A DNA stretch of 64,000 nucleotides from positions 34,720,001 to 34,784,000 of the forward strand of contig OX597818.1 of the NCBI GenBank assembly GCA_951406725.2. The letters run 5' to 3'. Shown here piece after piece: positions 13,755-27,487 of the stretch. The notes beneath the pieces were generated by a model. The model saw only the letters and a program-made list of their open reading frames with translations. It was not told the DNA's origin and made no database searches. The translations under genes and the position numbers were made by a program. The stretch's first letter is position 1, and the number at the start of each line of letters is the position of its first letter. Source of the DNA: Octopus vulgaris. Taxonomy: Eukaryota.

Positions 13755-14168
13755 ATCATCATCATCATCAACATCACCACCACCACCACCACCACCACCA
13801 CCACCACCACCATCATCACCAACATTAAACGTCTGTTTTCCATGCTGGCATGAGTTCGACACCTTGGCAGTAACTGGCAAGGCTAGGCTATGCACCAGGT
13901 TCCATAGTCCGTTTTGACTTGGTTTCTACAGTTGGGTGCCTTTCCAAACACCAACCACTTTACAGAGTGTACTAGGTGCTTTTTACATGGCACCAGTACC
14001 ATGATGATGATGATGATGATACATATATATAGACATTAGGAAGGGTGTCCAGCTGTAGAAAGCATGCCAAATCAGACTGGAGTCTGGTGCAGCCCCTCTG
14101 CCTACCAGCCTTGGTCAAACTGTCCAACCCATGCAAGCATGGACAACAGACATTAAATAATGATGATA
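13755..14168. mobile_element. Two RTE-type LINE 3' tails in divergent orientation with (CAT/CAC)n tail
   Basis: Minus copy about 13820-14000 and plus copy about 14035-14165 of the ttaggaagggcatccagctgtagaaa...ccatgc.agcatgga..(ATG)n family. Confidence 0.7.
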
Positions 14169-14188
14169 TAAATATATATGTATGTATA

Positions 14189-15058
14189 CAGGGTGCAGTT
14201 AAGAAACTGTTGTCTAAATTACACAAAAATGAAAATAACACTGACATCTCATTTTAAAAGATATATTTACCAAAATTACATAAAAATATCCTGAAATACT
14301 AAAGAGTAAATTTATTCAATAAAATTGCCATCGGCTTCAACCATGGCCTCCACACGACTCCGGAATCTCCTGCAACTCTTCTGGACGGTCTCCTTGTTTA
14401 AGTTGGTAAATGCTGCCATAATCCTTGCCTTTAGTTCACCTTTGGTGTTACAAGGAGTTTTGTTGGTCTCTTGCTCAACTGCACCCCACACATAATAATC
14501 AAGGGGGTTGCAGTCTGGGGAGTTAGGTGACCATATGTTAGGAGTAATGTGGTCACAGAAATTGTCTGACAGCCATGACTGGGTTCTCCTGCTTGTGTGA
14601 CATGGTGCAGAGTCCTGTTACCAGACATAGGGTCTTCCAGCAGCCACTCTCTTGACCCAGGGCAGTAATATCTCCTCCAGGAGATATTAGGCCTCCGTGT
14701 TGAGTCTGAGGCCTTGTGGGAAGATGAATGGAGGCATAATGTTGCCATCACTAGTGATCACTCCAAACACCGTGATGTTGGCTGGATGTTTGATTTTTAT
14801 CACTCTCAGTACATGTCCTCAGATTGGCACCCAAACACTCTGAAATGTTCTTATTGGAGCTTCCAGCATGAATGCCAAGCAGTACAGCATGTTGTTTCCA
14901 AATTTCTGGAGAGTGAATTGCATCATGGTGCTGTTTTTCTCACAGACAGTGCCCAACTGACCCTATTATACTGTATAGTTGACAAAATCAAAACAAACAA
15001 TGCTCATGTCTGAAATTAAAAATATAAAATGGTGACAATTTACCCATCACACATATGT
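14189..15058 (-). mobile_element. Internally deleted maT (DD37D) Tc1/mariner transposon remnant
   Basis: Minus-strand translation GRPYVW*QDSAPCHTSRRTQSWLSDNFCDHITPNIWSPNSPDCNPLDYYVWGAVE...VEADGNFIE* (stop at 14312-14314) has exactly 37 residues between catalytic D2 and D3; TA|CAGGGTG left end; right end degenerate. Confidence 0.85.
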
Positions 15059-15391
15059 ATAGTCACAGTGAGGATATTTAAACCTCTTATAAGGATATTC
15101 ATCCAAGATACACTGGTTTAATATATTAAATATTGTAGAGATAATTCTTCAATGAATATATTATATAGAAAATTGTAAAATATCAAACATTTTTATCGAG
15201 TTAGAAAAGAGAGAGATCTAATGGATACAAATTAATTTATTAATTAATCAACATATTCACCAACAATTGTTTCATTTCTGAAACAAAATTAGAATTACAA
15301 AATATATATAAATATTTAATTTCACATTTTGAATATCTTGTAAGGAAAATCATCAGGGTGCACAGAGGACAATAAGGATTATATTAGGATG

Positions 15392-15424
<33 letters not shown>

Positions 15425-15425
<1 letters not shown>

Positions 15426-15815
15426 CAAACTGTGTGACACCTGTGTATGAGCTGTATTGCTGTATAATAGTGAGACGTGGGCTCTGAATGCAGAGGACTT
15501 ACAAAGACTAGAATGAAATGAAGTAAGCATGTTCCACTGGATGTGCAATGTCAGTGTGGTTGTGCATTGAGAGAAAAACTAGACAGAAGAGGAATCTGGT
15601 TTAGGGTGTAAGAGAGGGGACTGCAAACACTGCATTGGTTTGAGCATGGATGAGGATAGTTGTATATAGAAGTGCTGATTGCTTACAACAGATCTAGGAG
15701 GAAGTCTCAGGAAGATGTGGGATAAGATAGTGAGAGCTAGTCTCAAAATGTTGAACCTCACAGATTGCAAAGGATTGAGATGATTGGCAATACACGGTGT
15801 GCTTGAGAAGACCTG
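15425..15815 (+). mobile_element. RTE-clade LINE remnant (ORF C-terminus and start of 3' UTR)
   Basis: Decayed LLYNSETWALNAEDLQRLE*NEVSMFHWMCNVSV, the RTE-type LYGSETW motif; homologous to 62250-62790. Confidence 0.75.
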
Positions 15816-15940
15816 CTCAGCTATACTTGAACAGCATGATTGAGGCTCTCAAAAGATAATGTGTATGCACATAACTGGATTTTTACCAAATCTACAACTA
15901 TTGCTTCCCATTTTCCCCTAACTAGGTCCTCCCTCTGAAC

Positions 15941-16232
15941 CAGTGCTTCTCAAACTATCTGATATGTCGTACCAGCAGTTTTTTTTTCCCCAGTGTGCCA
16001 GGGACTAGTAATATTTCTTAGTAATATTAATTTATACCAGAAACAATATATATAATGAATATAATAAAAGTTGATAATATTTTTTATCTTGTGTTTATTT
16101 TGTAAACAAAGAATACAATATTACATAAGCATTTTATAATGTTGCTTTCTTTTCTGGAAACTCATGGCATACTGGCAGCTGGTGGCTCGCAGACTGACAC
16201 CAGTCTGTGAACCACCACTTTGAGTAGCACTG
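15941..16232. mobile_element. hAT (Charlie/MER5-like) MITE
   Basis: TIR cagtgcttctcaaa / tttgagtagcactg; imperfect 8-bp TSD ctctgaac / atctgagc. Confidence 0.7.
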
Positions 16233-17085
16233 ATCTGAGCTACTTCCTTTTGATTTTGACAACCATCTATTATTTTTACTTTTAGTCACCTCTACTCTTG
16301 TTTATATCCAGCTTTCACTTTCCTCAGTTCACACCCTTTAACCCCCTCCCACTCGTTTCCCCCTTCACTCTACTCTCAGTTACTGTCCTCTTTTACTGTG
16401 ATACTCTGCTGCTGTAGGTGATGAAAGCAGAACCTATTACTATGTACCATATCACCAGTTCATATCACCTCTTTTGTACTTCCTACTCTGTTAGTACCCA
16501 TCCTTATTCTTATCATCATCCCTTCACTCATATTTACTGCACCTATCCCTCTTCATTCACTGCATTCATCCTCTATATGCATCTGACCATTTCTACTCCA
16601 ATGTTTATTACCATCTCTCGCTCTCCTTCCATATTCTTGCCACCTTAACAATCTTCCCTGACTCTTTTGTATCTATACTCTCTTCTATTTGCTCTCTTGG
16701 ATATGTTATATTGAGGCTGTACCCTGACACCTTGTCACTACCATATTTACCCATCTTTTTGGCATCACTCTTGTTCCTAAGCCATATTGCAATACTGATG
16801 CAGTGGTTTGATTTATAACATATTCTGAGTTAGTACCTAGGAAGACAATAAGGAACAAGTTTGTGGAAAAAAAAACAAACTAAAATATGAATGACTTCGG
16901 GAATCATGTCAGACACCTAGATGACTGTGTACAGAGCTTCCTTTAGAGGTGGGTGGGATTTTGTGGGTATGTAGCTAGATTCACTGTATCCTTCCTGGTT
17001 GACATTGGACTTAGGAAAGAAAGCAAGGCAGTGATTCATAAATTGCAAAAGGGAAGCAGAAAACAAGTCATTGTGGATATAGCAG

Positions 17086-17135
17086 ATGAACATGAGAGAA
17101 AAAAAATCCAAAACTGAGCAAAGAACAAATCCTTG
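17086..17135 (+). CDS. Candidate upstream/first coding exon of GRAMD1-like gene (MNMREKKSKTEQRTNP)
   Basis: ATG after in-frame TAG, open to a GTGAGT donor at 17136 in phase 2, which matches the phase-2 start of exon 31702. No homology evidence. Confidence 0.3.
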
Positions 17136-17832
17136 GTGAGTATAAAACAAAATAGTTACTCTATGGTTTGAATGGTTACAACTGCATCTAGTTTAATGTT
17201 GTGCCAGCATTGATAACATGGGGGAAATGTGTGCTGTCATTCATCTGTGGGTTTGATTGGTCCATTTGGAAACCTGTAGCAAAAACATGATTATTTACTA
17301 ATTGTTATATATAATAAATGAATATACATTTAATCTACTCACTGCAGCCAATTTCCATCATTTTTAATGGAGTCTCTGATTTTTATAAAATTCTTTTAGA
17401 AATGTTTCTCAGTGGGGACTAAGTCACCAACTACCTTAAAGACTTTGTAATTCTTTATGAGACTGATCCATTAGTAAGTGTGCAAGCATAAACCTATATG
17501 CTGTTTTCTTCCACTGCTTGCTAAGTCCCCTCCCTAGCAAATATTTTGATTATTAGCATTTAACTGAAATCACTAACTCCATTTTACCTCTTCATAGACC
17601 CTGACACTTGATTTCATCTTTCACTTCCCATCACAATTTCAATCCTTAAATTTTGTTAACCATGTGAAAGTCCAGAAAGAAATCTCCTACTCAGCTGTGT
17701 CTAACTTATAGTTTTGGAAGGCTTAAAAAAAGAATACGGATCCCATTCCTTCTCCCCAAACTAATTAGGTTCAAATGTGTAAGAGTGTGTGTATGTGTGT
17801 GTATACTCTCTCTCTCTCATGCATATGCATGT

Positions 17833-17833
<1 letters not shown>

Positions 17834-17900
<67 letters not shown>

Positions 17901-17909
17901 ACACACACA
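17834..17909. repeat. (CA)n microsatellite
   Basis: Seen directly. Confidence 0.95.
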
Positions 17910-19690
17910 GCTCCTTCATGATTATATTTATCAGCAGTTTGTTATGTGATTTTAACATAATTAATAGTCTGGAAGGGTTAAATTACATACATATGACTTT
18001 ATATATTGATGTATTATACTGGTGTTGACTACTTGAAATTTCTTATTTGCCATGTTATAACGAGAGTTTGATGTACATTTAAATACGAATACTTACATTT
18101 AAATACGAATACTTTAGTTCAAGCTGTTTCACAACTTGGTATTAAAAAGGTTAAGCTTTTTCAAATTTATATTCTAAAAATGACTCATCTAAATTTAATT
18201 CCTCTTAATACAACACCACTATTACAATTGTTTCTGCTATGAAGACAATGTTTTCCTTTCTGTAATAAATTGACTTGATAACCTCTATTATTATCTACCA
18301 ATCACTGTCTTTTAGAAATGACTGCGTTTCATAAAAATTTCTTGTATAACTTATTGTTTATCAGCTTTTATTTATCAGATGCTTTATGCTTTCAACTTTT
18401 TACCTATTCCGTTTATCACTTCAAATATTTGATGTTGAAAGGAAAATTATATATTTGGATATAATCTTTATCAGAACCATTGTTACTATGTTTGTTTTGA
18501 AATTTTCTTTTAGAATTTTAGTTTGGATTATATAGAGCAACTTAACAACCCATTACTACTCTTACCTTTTATCACAACAACATATTATTAGCCAGTGTCA
18601 CAATTTCCATGTACCTAGTTGCTTTGTCCTTCTAAATAACATCGGTATATTGTCTTTCATTCAACTTCTTAATTTTTGTTATTTTTCTGTAATCCCATAT
18701 CAACCCACATCAGTCAGATCTGTGATTAAAAGCCTTCCAGTATGACCATCATGTCTTTTTATTTGGACATAGTACATCTAGTATTACATTGTTCAATGTA
18801 TCTCTCCCTTTCAAAGAGAGTAGAATGTAATTTGAGGTAGATTTGAGTGCTATTTCTAGAAGGTTGAGTGACTGTGCCAATATACGTTCATAGGTTCATC
18901 TACCTCCTAGTGTCCTGGTATCATATTTTAGCCCAGTGGCTTAAGAATTACAGTAGGTACCACATGGTAAGTGTTATATACTGACATGCTGAGCTTTATG
19001 TTTCTGTAACTTAAGAAAAATCATATTGCTTGACAGCTTCTTTTTCCCCACAAAACATTTAATTTGTAACCTCTATGCCATTAGTCTTCTCAATAAAAAA
19101 GTGACTAGAGTTTCTAAAAGACACAAAAGAAAAAACTGAAAATATAATATGTTGTATATATTTAACAAAGTTGCTAGTTAAGAGGTCAAATAAGATGTTT
19201 TTTTAAAAAAAAAACATAGGTTATAATCTGGAACCAACACGTGATATAATATAATTATTGATAGTGATTGTGAGGACTGTTTTAGCTACATTTTCCTTTA
19301 CCAATCTAGGAGCGGTTTCACACTACGTTACAGCAATACAGAACATTTGGAGCATATTATGGCATGTTTAGAAAATAATATTCAGATTTGTTGAGAAAAC
19401 TGGTTTTCTTGTTCTTTTCCCCCAAAAGCTATTGATAGTAAGTTTATTTTGGAGTTATCATGTTCCTCTCTCTCTTTTTATTAGTTTTTTTCATGACTTA
19501 GTAACTACTAAGTAGCTTGAAACCATTTATAAGAGATAATTGAAAGAAACCAAACTATTTACAATTTTTGTGGATAAAGAGCAAACTTTCAATGTAACTA
19601 TGTGTATATGTGTGTATGTAGATAGGTAGGTAGGTACATATGGTCTACATACATGGTATGGTCTTCAGCAGGTGCTTATTTTATTGATTT

Positions 19691-19729
<39 letters not shown>

Positions 19730-20227
19730 TACATCATGGATATTGTAAGGCTATATGGTTAAGAAGTTCATTTTGCAAAAAGCCACAGGTTTGATTCCAT
19801 GGCGTGACATCTTGGGCAAGTATCTTGTACCAGTAACTTAAAGGTCAGGATTGTTACAGTGTGTTACACTGCTTCCACCTGAGGGTTATGTTAAGTGTAC
19901 AGATGTCTGTGGAATACTCAGCCACTTACACACTAATTCAATGAACAGGTTGTTCAGCTGATTGACCAGCTGAATAATCATTGTCAAAACTAACAGACAT
20001 TACCATCATCGTCATTTAGCGTCCACTTTTCCATGCTTGCATGGGTCAGCTGGATGCTCTTCCTGTCACCAACCTTTACCTGTTTCCAAGCAAGGTAATA
20101 ATTCTGCATGACCAGATATGTTCTTGCAGAAAATTGAAAATGAATGACAATGCTTGTATGACAGTGACAATCATTTTACAACTGTCATGCAATGTCAAGA
20201 CAAAGGACTCAAATACACATACATGTA

Positions 20228-20565
20228 GGGTAAAGACCCCCTTTGGTCATGAATGACCATAGGATTGCACCTAGAAAGTTCCCCTCCAAGGCACAAGTCC
20301 AGGCAAGCTTATTTATGAAAGACCAACAATCACCTGTTCATACCAGCCTCCTCTCTCCACACCACCAATGTTATCCAAGAGAAAGGCAAAGGCTGATACA
20401 GCTTGGTACCATTGATGTCACAACTCATTTCTACAGCTGAGTGAACTGGAGCAACATGAAAATAAAGTGTCTTGCTCAAGAACACAACACACAGCCTGGT
20501 CCAGGAATTGAACTTACTTACTACCTCATGATTGTGAGCCTGATGCTCTAACGACTGAGCCATGA
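20228..20565 (-). mobile_element. tRNA-derived SINE, second family
   Basis: Minus strand reads tggctcagtcgttagagc (A-box) ... agttcaattcc (B-box) ... ttcttgagcaagacacttt (core) then tail. Confidence 0.7.
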
Positions 20566-22159
20566 ATGTATACATATTCATGGGCTATTTTCAGTTTCCA
20601 TCTTCCAAATCCACTTGCAAAGTTTTGGTCAACCTAGGACCATAATACTAGACATACACAATGTTGAAGAATATTTTCTGTCTAACAGATTTACATTTCC
20701 TATCTGAATATTCCATATTTACCAGAATAACTGTCCTTTTATGTCGCGTTTGTAACAACTAAGGTTACATCTTCATTTGTAACCGTAATATATCTTTATA
20801 CCAACATTATAATTCTGCTTCAGTTTTTCTTTTTTTTTACAATACACTGGAGATGATTACTTCACACTAATTACTATTTATTAGCTAGAAATTTAAACCA
20901 ACAGCCTTTCGGTAGTCTTGTTGTAAATTGAGCAAATCAGATGTAACAGATGGTTTCTTGATTAAGTAAGGAAATGGTAAAGTAAATATATTGTGTTCTA
21001 ATTATACAAATTTTATTCTGTGAGACACAAAGGGATAGTCTTTGGATAGTTATTCAATAAATTCAGTGATTCTTTTACTGTGCTGAAGACTGCAGGCACC
21101 TGTTTGCTTGTAAATTATATCTATTTATCGTCACCTTTTGTTTGAGTTATCCAACAGCTGCCTTACTGTGGCAATATTTTAATGCTTACATAAAAAGTAA
21201 CATTTATGGACTGGTGCTGATTATCAAGAAACATCTGTTTCAAAAATATTGTCCTGTTTCTGGCTTTCTAAGAAATTGGTTGCTTCTTTGTAGTGAAAAA
21301 TGCCATGCAAAAATCATTTGATGTATTATTTGTGTGACTGAATGACAACAAAATGAATCGTTCTTGCATCTTATTGTGTTTCGTTCTCAAGTTGGTGATG
21401 AATGAAACTAGAAATGAATCATATAAGATAAACTTTCTGTTATCATTCACATCAGAAATATTTTTTGTGATGTCCTTATGCTGCACATTATTTTGGATTA
21501 TATGTGTATTACAAAATCCTGAATCAAAGGTATGAATTAATACATACTGAAATTCTATTATAAAACTAGTTTACAGACATACAATTCTAAGGTAATAGCA
21601 GCTGATGATAATTTTTTATTTAACAGAAATCGATATTATAAAAACTGGGTTATATTGACATTTTCCCAGGCAGAATATGTAATGCACACTTGTTAAGACT
21701 TTATAGTCACTTCAATGCTAATTTTTCTAATTTTGCTGATTTGTTCCTTGATTATTAACGTAACCTTGTTCATAATGGAAAGTTAATCAAATGAGAGGTA
21801 ATATTATAATGTGACTTATTTTTGGAACATCCGAAGATGATAATATTGTATTCTTTTCATTGGGCTGGTATGAATTAATCAAGTTTCCTGAACTAGTTCA
21901 GTTTATGTTGTGATACTTCTGTCCTGTTCCTTTGATTCGTTTCACATCTTATAGAATATTTTTACCTCTCAATTTCATTTATTTCTTAACTCCTGTATAC
22001 TTCCGTTACAACTGCCCCTAGACTATATTCACTTAGTTTCCATCGTCCATAGTATCTATAATCTAATACTTTTGAATGTTAACCTTCTTCCAAATCCATC
22101 CTTGTGTTCATCTTAGGGTTTTTTCCACATAGACGATGGCAAGGCTGTATCAATGCAAG

Positions 22160-22730
22160 CATTCTTGTATAGTCAAAGAAGCTCATTTTGCAACCAAATG
22201 GTTTTGGTTTCAGTCCCACTGTGTTGCACCTTTAGCTAGTGTCTTCTGGGCCAATAAATACCTCATGAGTGAATTTGGTAAACTGTCATCTATGTATTCA
22301 TATATGTGTGTATATGTGTGTGTCTTTGTGTATGTATTTGTTCTCTCCTATCGCTTGACATTACTATTTTTTATTTTTTTTGACATCCTCATAACTTAAG
22401 GGTTCAGAAAAGAGAACAATAAAATAAATACCAAAAATTAAAAAATAAGTACTGGAGTTGATCTGTTTGATAAAAACTTTTTAAGGTCATATCTCAGCAT
22501 TGTTACAATCATCATCATCATCATCATCATTTAACATCCATTCTCCAGGCTGGTAAGCTGGAGAGCTGCACCAGGTTTCAGTCTGATTTGGCACGGTTTC
22601 TACAGCTGGAGGCCCTTCCTAACACCAACCACTCCAAGGGTGTAGTGGGTTTTTTTATGTGCCAGTTATGAAACACCAGCATTGGCCATGACTATGATCT
22701 CACTTGGCTTGACAGGTCTTCTCAAGCACA
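22160..22730. mobile_element. Degenerate major-family SINE (+) abutting RTE 3' tail (-)
   Basis: ttcagtcccactg..., aataagtactgg..., then (CAT)n and the reverse tail including gtcttctcaagcaca shared with the RTE 3' UTR at about 62225. Confidence 0.65.
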
Positions 22731-24191
22731 ATAGATAAAAGATAAAAGATTTGTGAACAGTTTATTCAAATTGAAAGAGATTGTTAATGCAATGAGTTTA
22801 TGTATGTATATTCAGAAGTACATTTAATATATTAGAAATGAATTTGGTGGTGACTTACTTGGTGCTCTACAAAGCTACAATCATTTTTGTTACTCCAGTT
22901 ATTTACAATTATTTATCATGTAACATGAGATCGAGTAGTATATATTAAATACTATAATTTGAGCATATAAAGAAGTCTTCATGTAGATGCTTAACCTGCT
23001 AGGGATAACTGTTAATTCTCTCTCAGAACACACCATACTGTCTTACAAGCTGCAAAGCAACATAGTTAGTAGCTGTCCCATGAAAAAAAAAGTACTCAGT
23101 AAACTTTATAAAGTGGCTGGTGTTAGGAAGGGCATCCAGCTGTAGAAAACTTCCTCAGGCAAACAAGAGCATGAAGTGGTCCTCCCTCTCATTGGATTTG
23201 ACAAACCATTCAACCCATGCCAGCATAGAGAACAAATGTCAGATGTTAAATGTTGATGCGGACAGAAATGCAGAATACACACACAATTTTGTATTCATTT
23301 ATTTGTTTCAGTCATTTGACTGCAACCATGCTGGAGCACCACCTTTAGTCAAACAAATCGACATATATAACTTTAACATCCACTTTTCTATGCTTGAATG
23401 GGTTGGATGAAGTTTATTGAGGTAGATTTTCTACAGCCAAATGCCATTCCTGTCACCAATCCTTACCTGCTTCCCAGTTAGGTAATATTTCTCTATGGCC
23501 AGAATATTGGAAATGAATGACAGTGCTTGAATGACCTTATGACCCATTGTCACTGCTTGTATGATTGTCACCCAATATCAAGACAAGGAAAAACAAACAC
23601 ACACACACATGTATATCATTATCATCATCATATAACATCTGTTTTCTACGCTGGCATGAGTTGGACGGTTTGACAGGAGCTGGCAAGCTGGAGGGCTACA
23701 CTGGACCTCAGTAGTCTGTTTTGGCATGATTTCTGTGGCTGGATGCCCTTATTAATGCTAGCCACTTTACAGAATCTACTAGGTGCGTTTTCTGTGATAC
23801 CAGCATGAGCACTCTTTATGTGGAACAAGCAGGAGTGATTTTTTATGTGGCATAAGTATAGGTGCGTTTTAAGTGTTGCCAGCATAGGTGCTTTTTACAT
23901 TGTGCCAGCATAGGTATGTTTTATGTAGCACCAACATGGTTGCTTTTTACATGGCATTAGCACCTACATGGTTGTCAAGTAACTTGCAAGACAAGGACAT
24001 CTCAGCTGAGAGGAGAGAAACTGTGGAACTGGAGGAGCCTGCAGTAGGTGATGATGGGAGGAGATAGGCTGTGGGTGAGTTTAGCCAAAAGACAAACTTA
24101 CCTGTGTGTGTGCATATGTATGATGGGCTTCTTTCATTTTCCATCTACCAAAATCCACTCATAAGGTTTTGGTGAATCCAGGGCTATTGTA

Positions 24192-25450
24192 TCAGGTTAT
24201 TAAGAATGAAATGTCTGATTTTCTTATGCACTAAGTTTGACAGTTGTTAACTCTAATGTTTTATCCTGACAATTCTTTGTTTTATAACATTGATGAGTTA
24301 CATCATCACTTTTTGAAATGCAATTGATGGTATCTGATTATATTGTGAGTTTTCTCTTTTAAATCAGTATTTATGAACCCATGGATAGGTAAAAAAAAAT
24401 CGTGCTGTTTTTGAATATAAGTTCCATCCCAGACAGCTCGAAACATCAATGAGGTGTTTGGTGAAGATGTGGCAAATGAGTGCACTGTATGTCGATGGTT
24501 TGAGAAGTTCTAGTCTGGTGACTTTACTTTTGAAAATCAGCCCTTAGGTAGATCTGACGTGGATAATGATGAGCTGGAAACTGTAGTGGAAGCAGATACT
24601 TCTCAAAATATGCATGAGTTAGCAGCGAGGTTTGATGTTTTGATTCCAACTTTATTGGACCATTTGAAACAAATCATCAAAGTAAAGAAGCTGGACAAGT
24701 GGATACCGCATGAACTGAATGAGCATCAAATGACACATCATCTTGAAACTTGCTGTTCTTTGCTGTCATGGCATAAAAGTGAACCATTGTTGCATTGCAT
24801 TGTTACATGTGATGGAAAATGGATTACTTTCAACAATAGCAAGTGTTCTGCATGGTGGTTGGATAGACGAAGTACCAAAGCACAATCCAAAGAAGAATAT
24901 TCACCAAAAAAAGCTAATAGGGTCTGTTTGGTGGTCCAGTGCTGGTGTCATCCACTACTGCTTCATAAGACCTGGTAAGTCATTTACAGCAGATGTATAC
25001 ATCAATCAAATGGATGAAATGATGAGTGAACTTGCAACTAAACAACCAAGATTGGTCAATAGAGACAGGCTAATTCTTTTGCAAAACAATGCTCAACCAC
25101 ATGTTGCACAAACAATGCTATTCAAGTTTTGGGAACTGAACTTGGAAGTAGTATCTATCATCCACCATATTCACCAGACCTTGCACCAACTGACTATCAT
25201 ATTTTCCAGGCATTAGACAACTTTGTGCAAGGAAAAAACTTCAAATCTGAAGAAGATGCAAAATAGCCTTTTGTGATTTCATCACTTTTTGCTCTCCAGA
25301 AGTCTTTGCTGCCAGCATAAATAAGCTACCAATAAAATGGCAGAAATGTGTTGATAATTTAGGTGCATACTTTGATTAACTTTGTTGATTAACTTTGTTG
25401 TAAAATAAAGTTTCAGTTCAAAATTGGACATTTCATTTTTAATGACCTGA
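24192..25450 (+). mobile_element. Full-length, inactivated mariner (DD34D type, Hsmar1/cecropia-like)
   Basis: TA|tcaggttattaagaatgaaatgtc ... gacatttcatttttaatgacctga|TA TIRs, 1259 bp; fragmented transposase with KVKKLDKWIPHEL, IVTCDGKW, VWWSSAG, QNNAQPH, HPPYSPDLAPTDYH, KWQKCVDNLGAYFD*; stops and frameshifts. Confidence 0.93.
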
Positions 25451-25881
25451 TAAAAGACACATACCCAAAGTGCCATGCAGGGTACTGAATGCAGAACCAT
25501 ATGGTTAGGAAGTATATATATATACTTTCACAGGTACCATCCACTTTCAGTGATCAGTACTTCTTTATGCAGCTGTCCTCATTCATATGCATCACATGTC
25601 CAAACCAATGTAGTCTTCTCTCTTGCATGCTGGAGATATATTAGCATGCTTGGAAGTAGCTGAGGATTGATGACAAGGGTATCCAACCACAGAAAGTCTG
25701 CCTCATTGAACTCCTTCTGACCTTTGCAAGCATGGAACAATGGAGGTTAAAATGATTATCATCATCATGTATTATATATAAAATAGTATCTATTTTATAT
25801 ATGTATATATATATATATATAACTTATTATGCACACAAACACACATGCATACATATGTGTGTGTGTGTGTGTGTTTGTGTG

Positions 25882-26228
25882 TTTGCTTCTTCAGTCATCA
25901 GACTATGGCCATGCTGGGGAACCGCCTTGGATAATTTTAGTCAAACAGATTGACCTCAGTACTCATTTTTGTTTAAGTCTGGTTCTTGTTCTATCAGTCT
26001 CTTACGCTGAACAACCAAGTTATGTGAGTATAAACACACCAACAGCAGTTACCAAGCAGGGATGTGGGGGACACACGAACACAAAGGCACACACACACAC
26101 ACACACACATGAGGCTTTGGTTGGTGCAAAGCTTTAGTAGAAGACACTTGCTTGAGGTGCCACATAGTGGGACTGAAGCCAGAACCATGTGGATGTTGAG
26201 CAAACTTCCTACCACATAGCCATGCCTA
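25882..26228 (-). mobile_element. Major-family SINE, inverted, diverged
   Basis: Reverse complement of head, core and tail of the 6335 family. Confidence 0.8.
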
Positions 26229-26260
26229 CACCAATATATTACTTATATTAGTATATATCA

Positions 26261-26638
26261 CAGGAGTGGTTGTGTGGTAAGTAGCTTGCTTACCAGCCAC
26301 ATGGCTCCGGGCTCAGTCCCACTGCACTTCACCTTGGGCAAGTGCTCTCTATTATAGCCTCGGGCTAAACAAAGCCTTGTGTATGGATTTGGTAGAGAGA
26401 AACTGAAAGAGGCCCATTGTCTATGTGTGTGTGTCTGTGTTTGTCCCCCCCCCCCATCATTGCTTGATAACCGATGCTGCTGTGTTTACGTGACCGTAAC
26501 TTAGTGATTCGGCAAACAAGACTGATAGAATAAGTACTAGGCTTACAAAGAGTCAGTCCTGGGGTCAATTTGTTCGACTAAAGGTGGTACTCCAGCATGG
26601 CTGCAGTCAAATGACTGAAACAAATGAAAGAGTAAAAG
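26261..26638 (+). mobile_element. Major-family SINE
   Basis: Same structure as 6335-6740; followed by a 3'-half copy at about 26690-26870. Confidence 0.88.
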
Positions 26639-27119
26639 GTATATATTATATGTATATTATGTGTGTGTGTGTGTGCATGCATGTGTTTGCCCCCTACCAC
26701 TGCTTGACAACTGGTGTGGGCTTGTTTATATCCCCATAGCACAGTAGTTCAGTAAAAGAGATATATAGAATAAGTACCAGTTTTAAAAAGAAGAAAGCAT
26801 GTAGGGTCGATTTGTTCAATTAAATTTTTCAAGGCAGTGCCCCAGCATGGCTGCAGTCCAGTGATTGTATATGTATATGTGTGTGTGTGTATATAAATAT
26901 ATATATATATATACATACATGGAGCACTGAATTTTGTCAGTGATCAGGTCATGGCCTCAAAGGAATGAAAATATTTTGGCAAATTAAATTTAAATGTTGA
27001 AGTGAATCTGACGGTTTTTGTGTGGTTTTAAATGGCTTATAAACACCTTCCACGCTGCAATTGTTTTGTTTCAGCATACGATCTCAGATCAGGTTACTTG
27101 CTATGCAAGTACATCTCCG

Positions 27120-27179
<60 letters not shown>

Positions 27180-27188
27180 AAGTATACA

Positions 27189-27221
<33 letters not shown>

Positions 27222-27487
27222 CAGCCTCGCCTGGCCCCCGTGCTGGTGGCACGTACAAGGCACCATCCAATCGTAGCCATTTGCCAGCCTCGTCTGGCAC
27301 CTGTGCCGGTGGCACATAAAAAGCACCCGCTACACTCATGGAGTGGTTGGCGTTAGGAAGGGCATCCAGCCGTAGAAACATTGCCAGATCAGACTGGGCC
27401 TGGTGCAGCCTTCTGGTTTCCCAGACCCCAGTTGAACCGTCCAACCTATGCTAGCATGGAAAGCAGACGCTAAACGATGATGATGAT
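27222..27487 (+). mobile_element. Young RTE-type LINE 3' tail ending in (GAT)n
   Basis: gagtggttggcgttaggaagggcatccagc...gctaaacgatgatgatg; CpG-rich; near-identical inverted copy at 61461. Confidence 0.8.

Noticed and set aside
23770-23970. Regularly spaced agcataggtg...tttt repeats resembling a CRISPR-like array
   Set aside because: Degenerate 25-35-bp tandem units of an RTE 3' UTR in eukaryotic DNA; no unique spacers and no cas genes.
27094-27444. Nearly identical ORFs MDGSTGVWETRR... here and at 61502-61792, suggesting a duplicated gene
   Set aside because: Antisense translations of the same retroelement tail.
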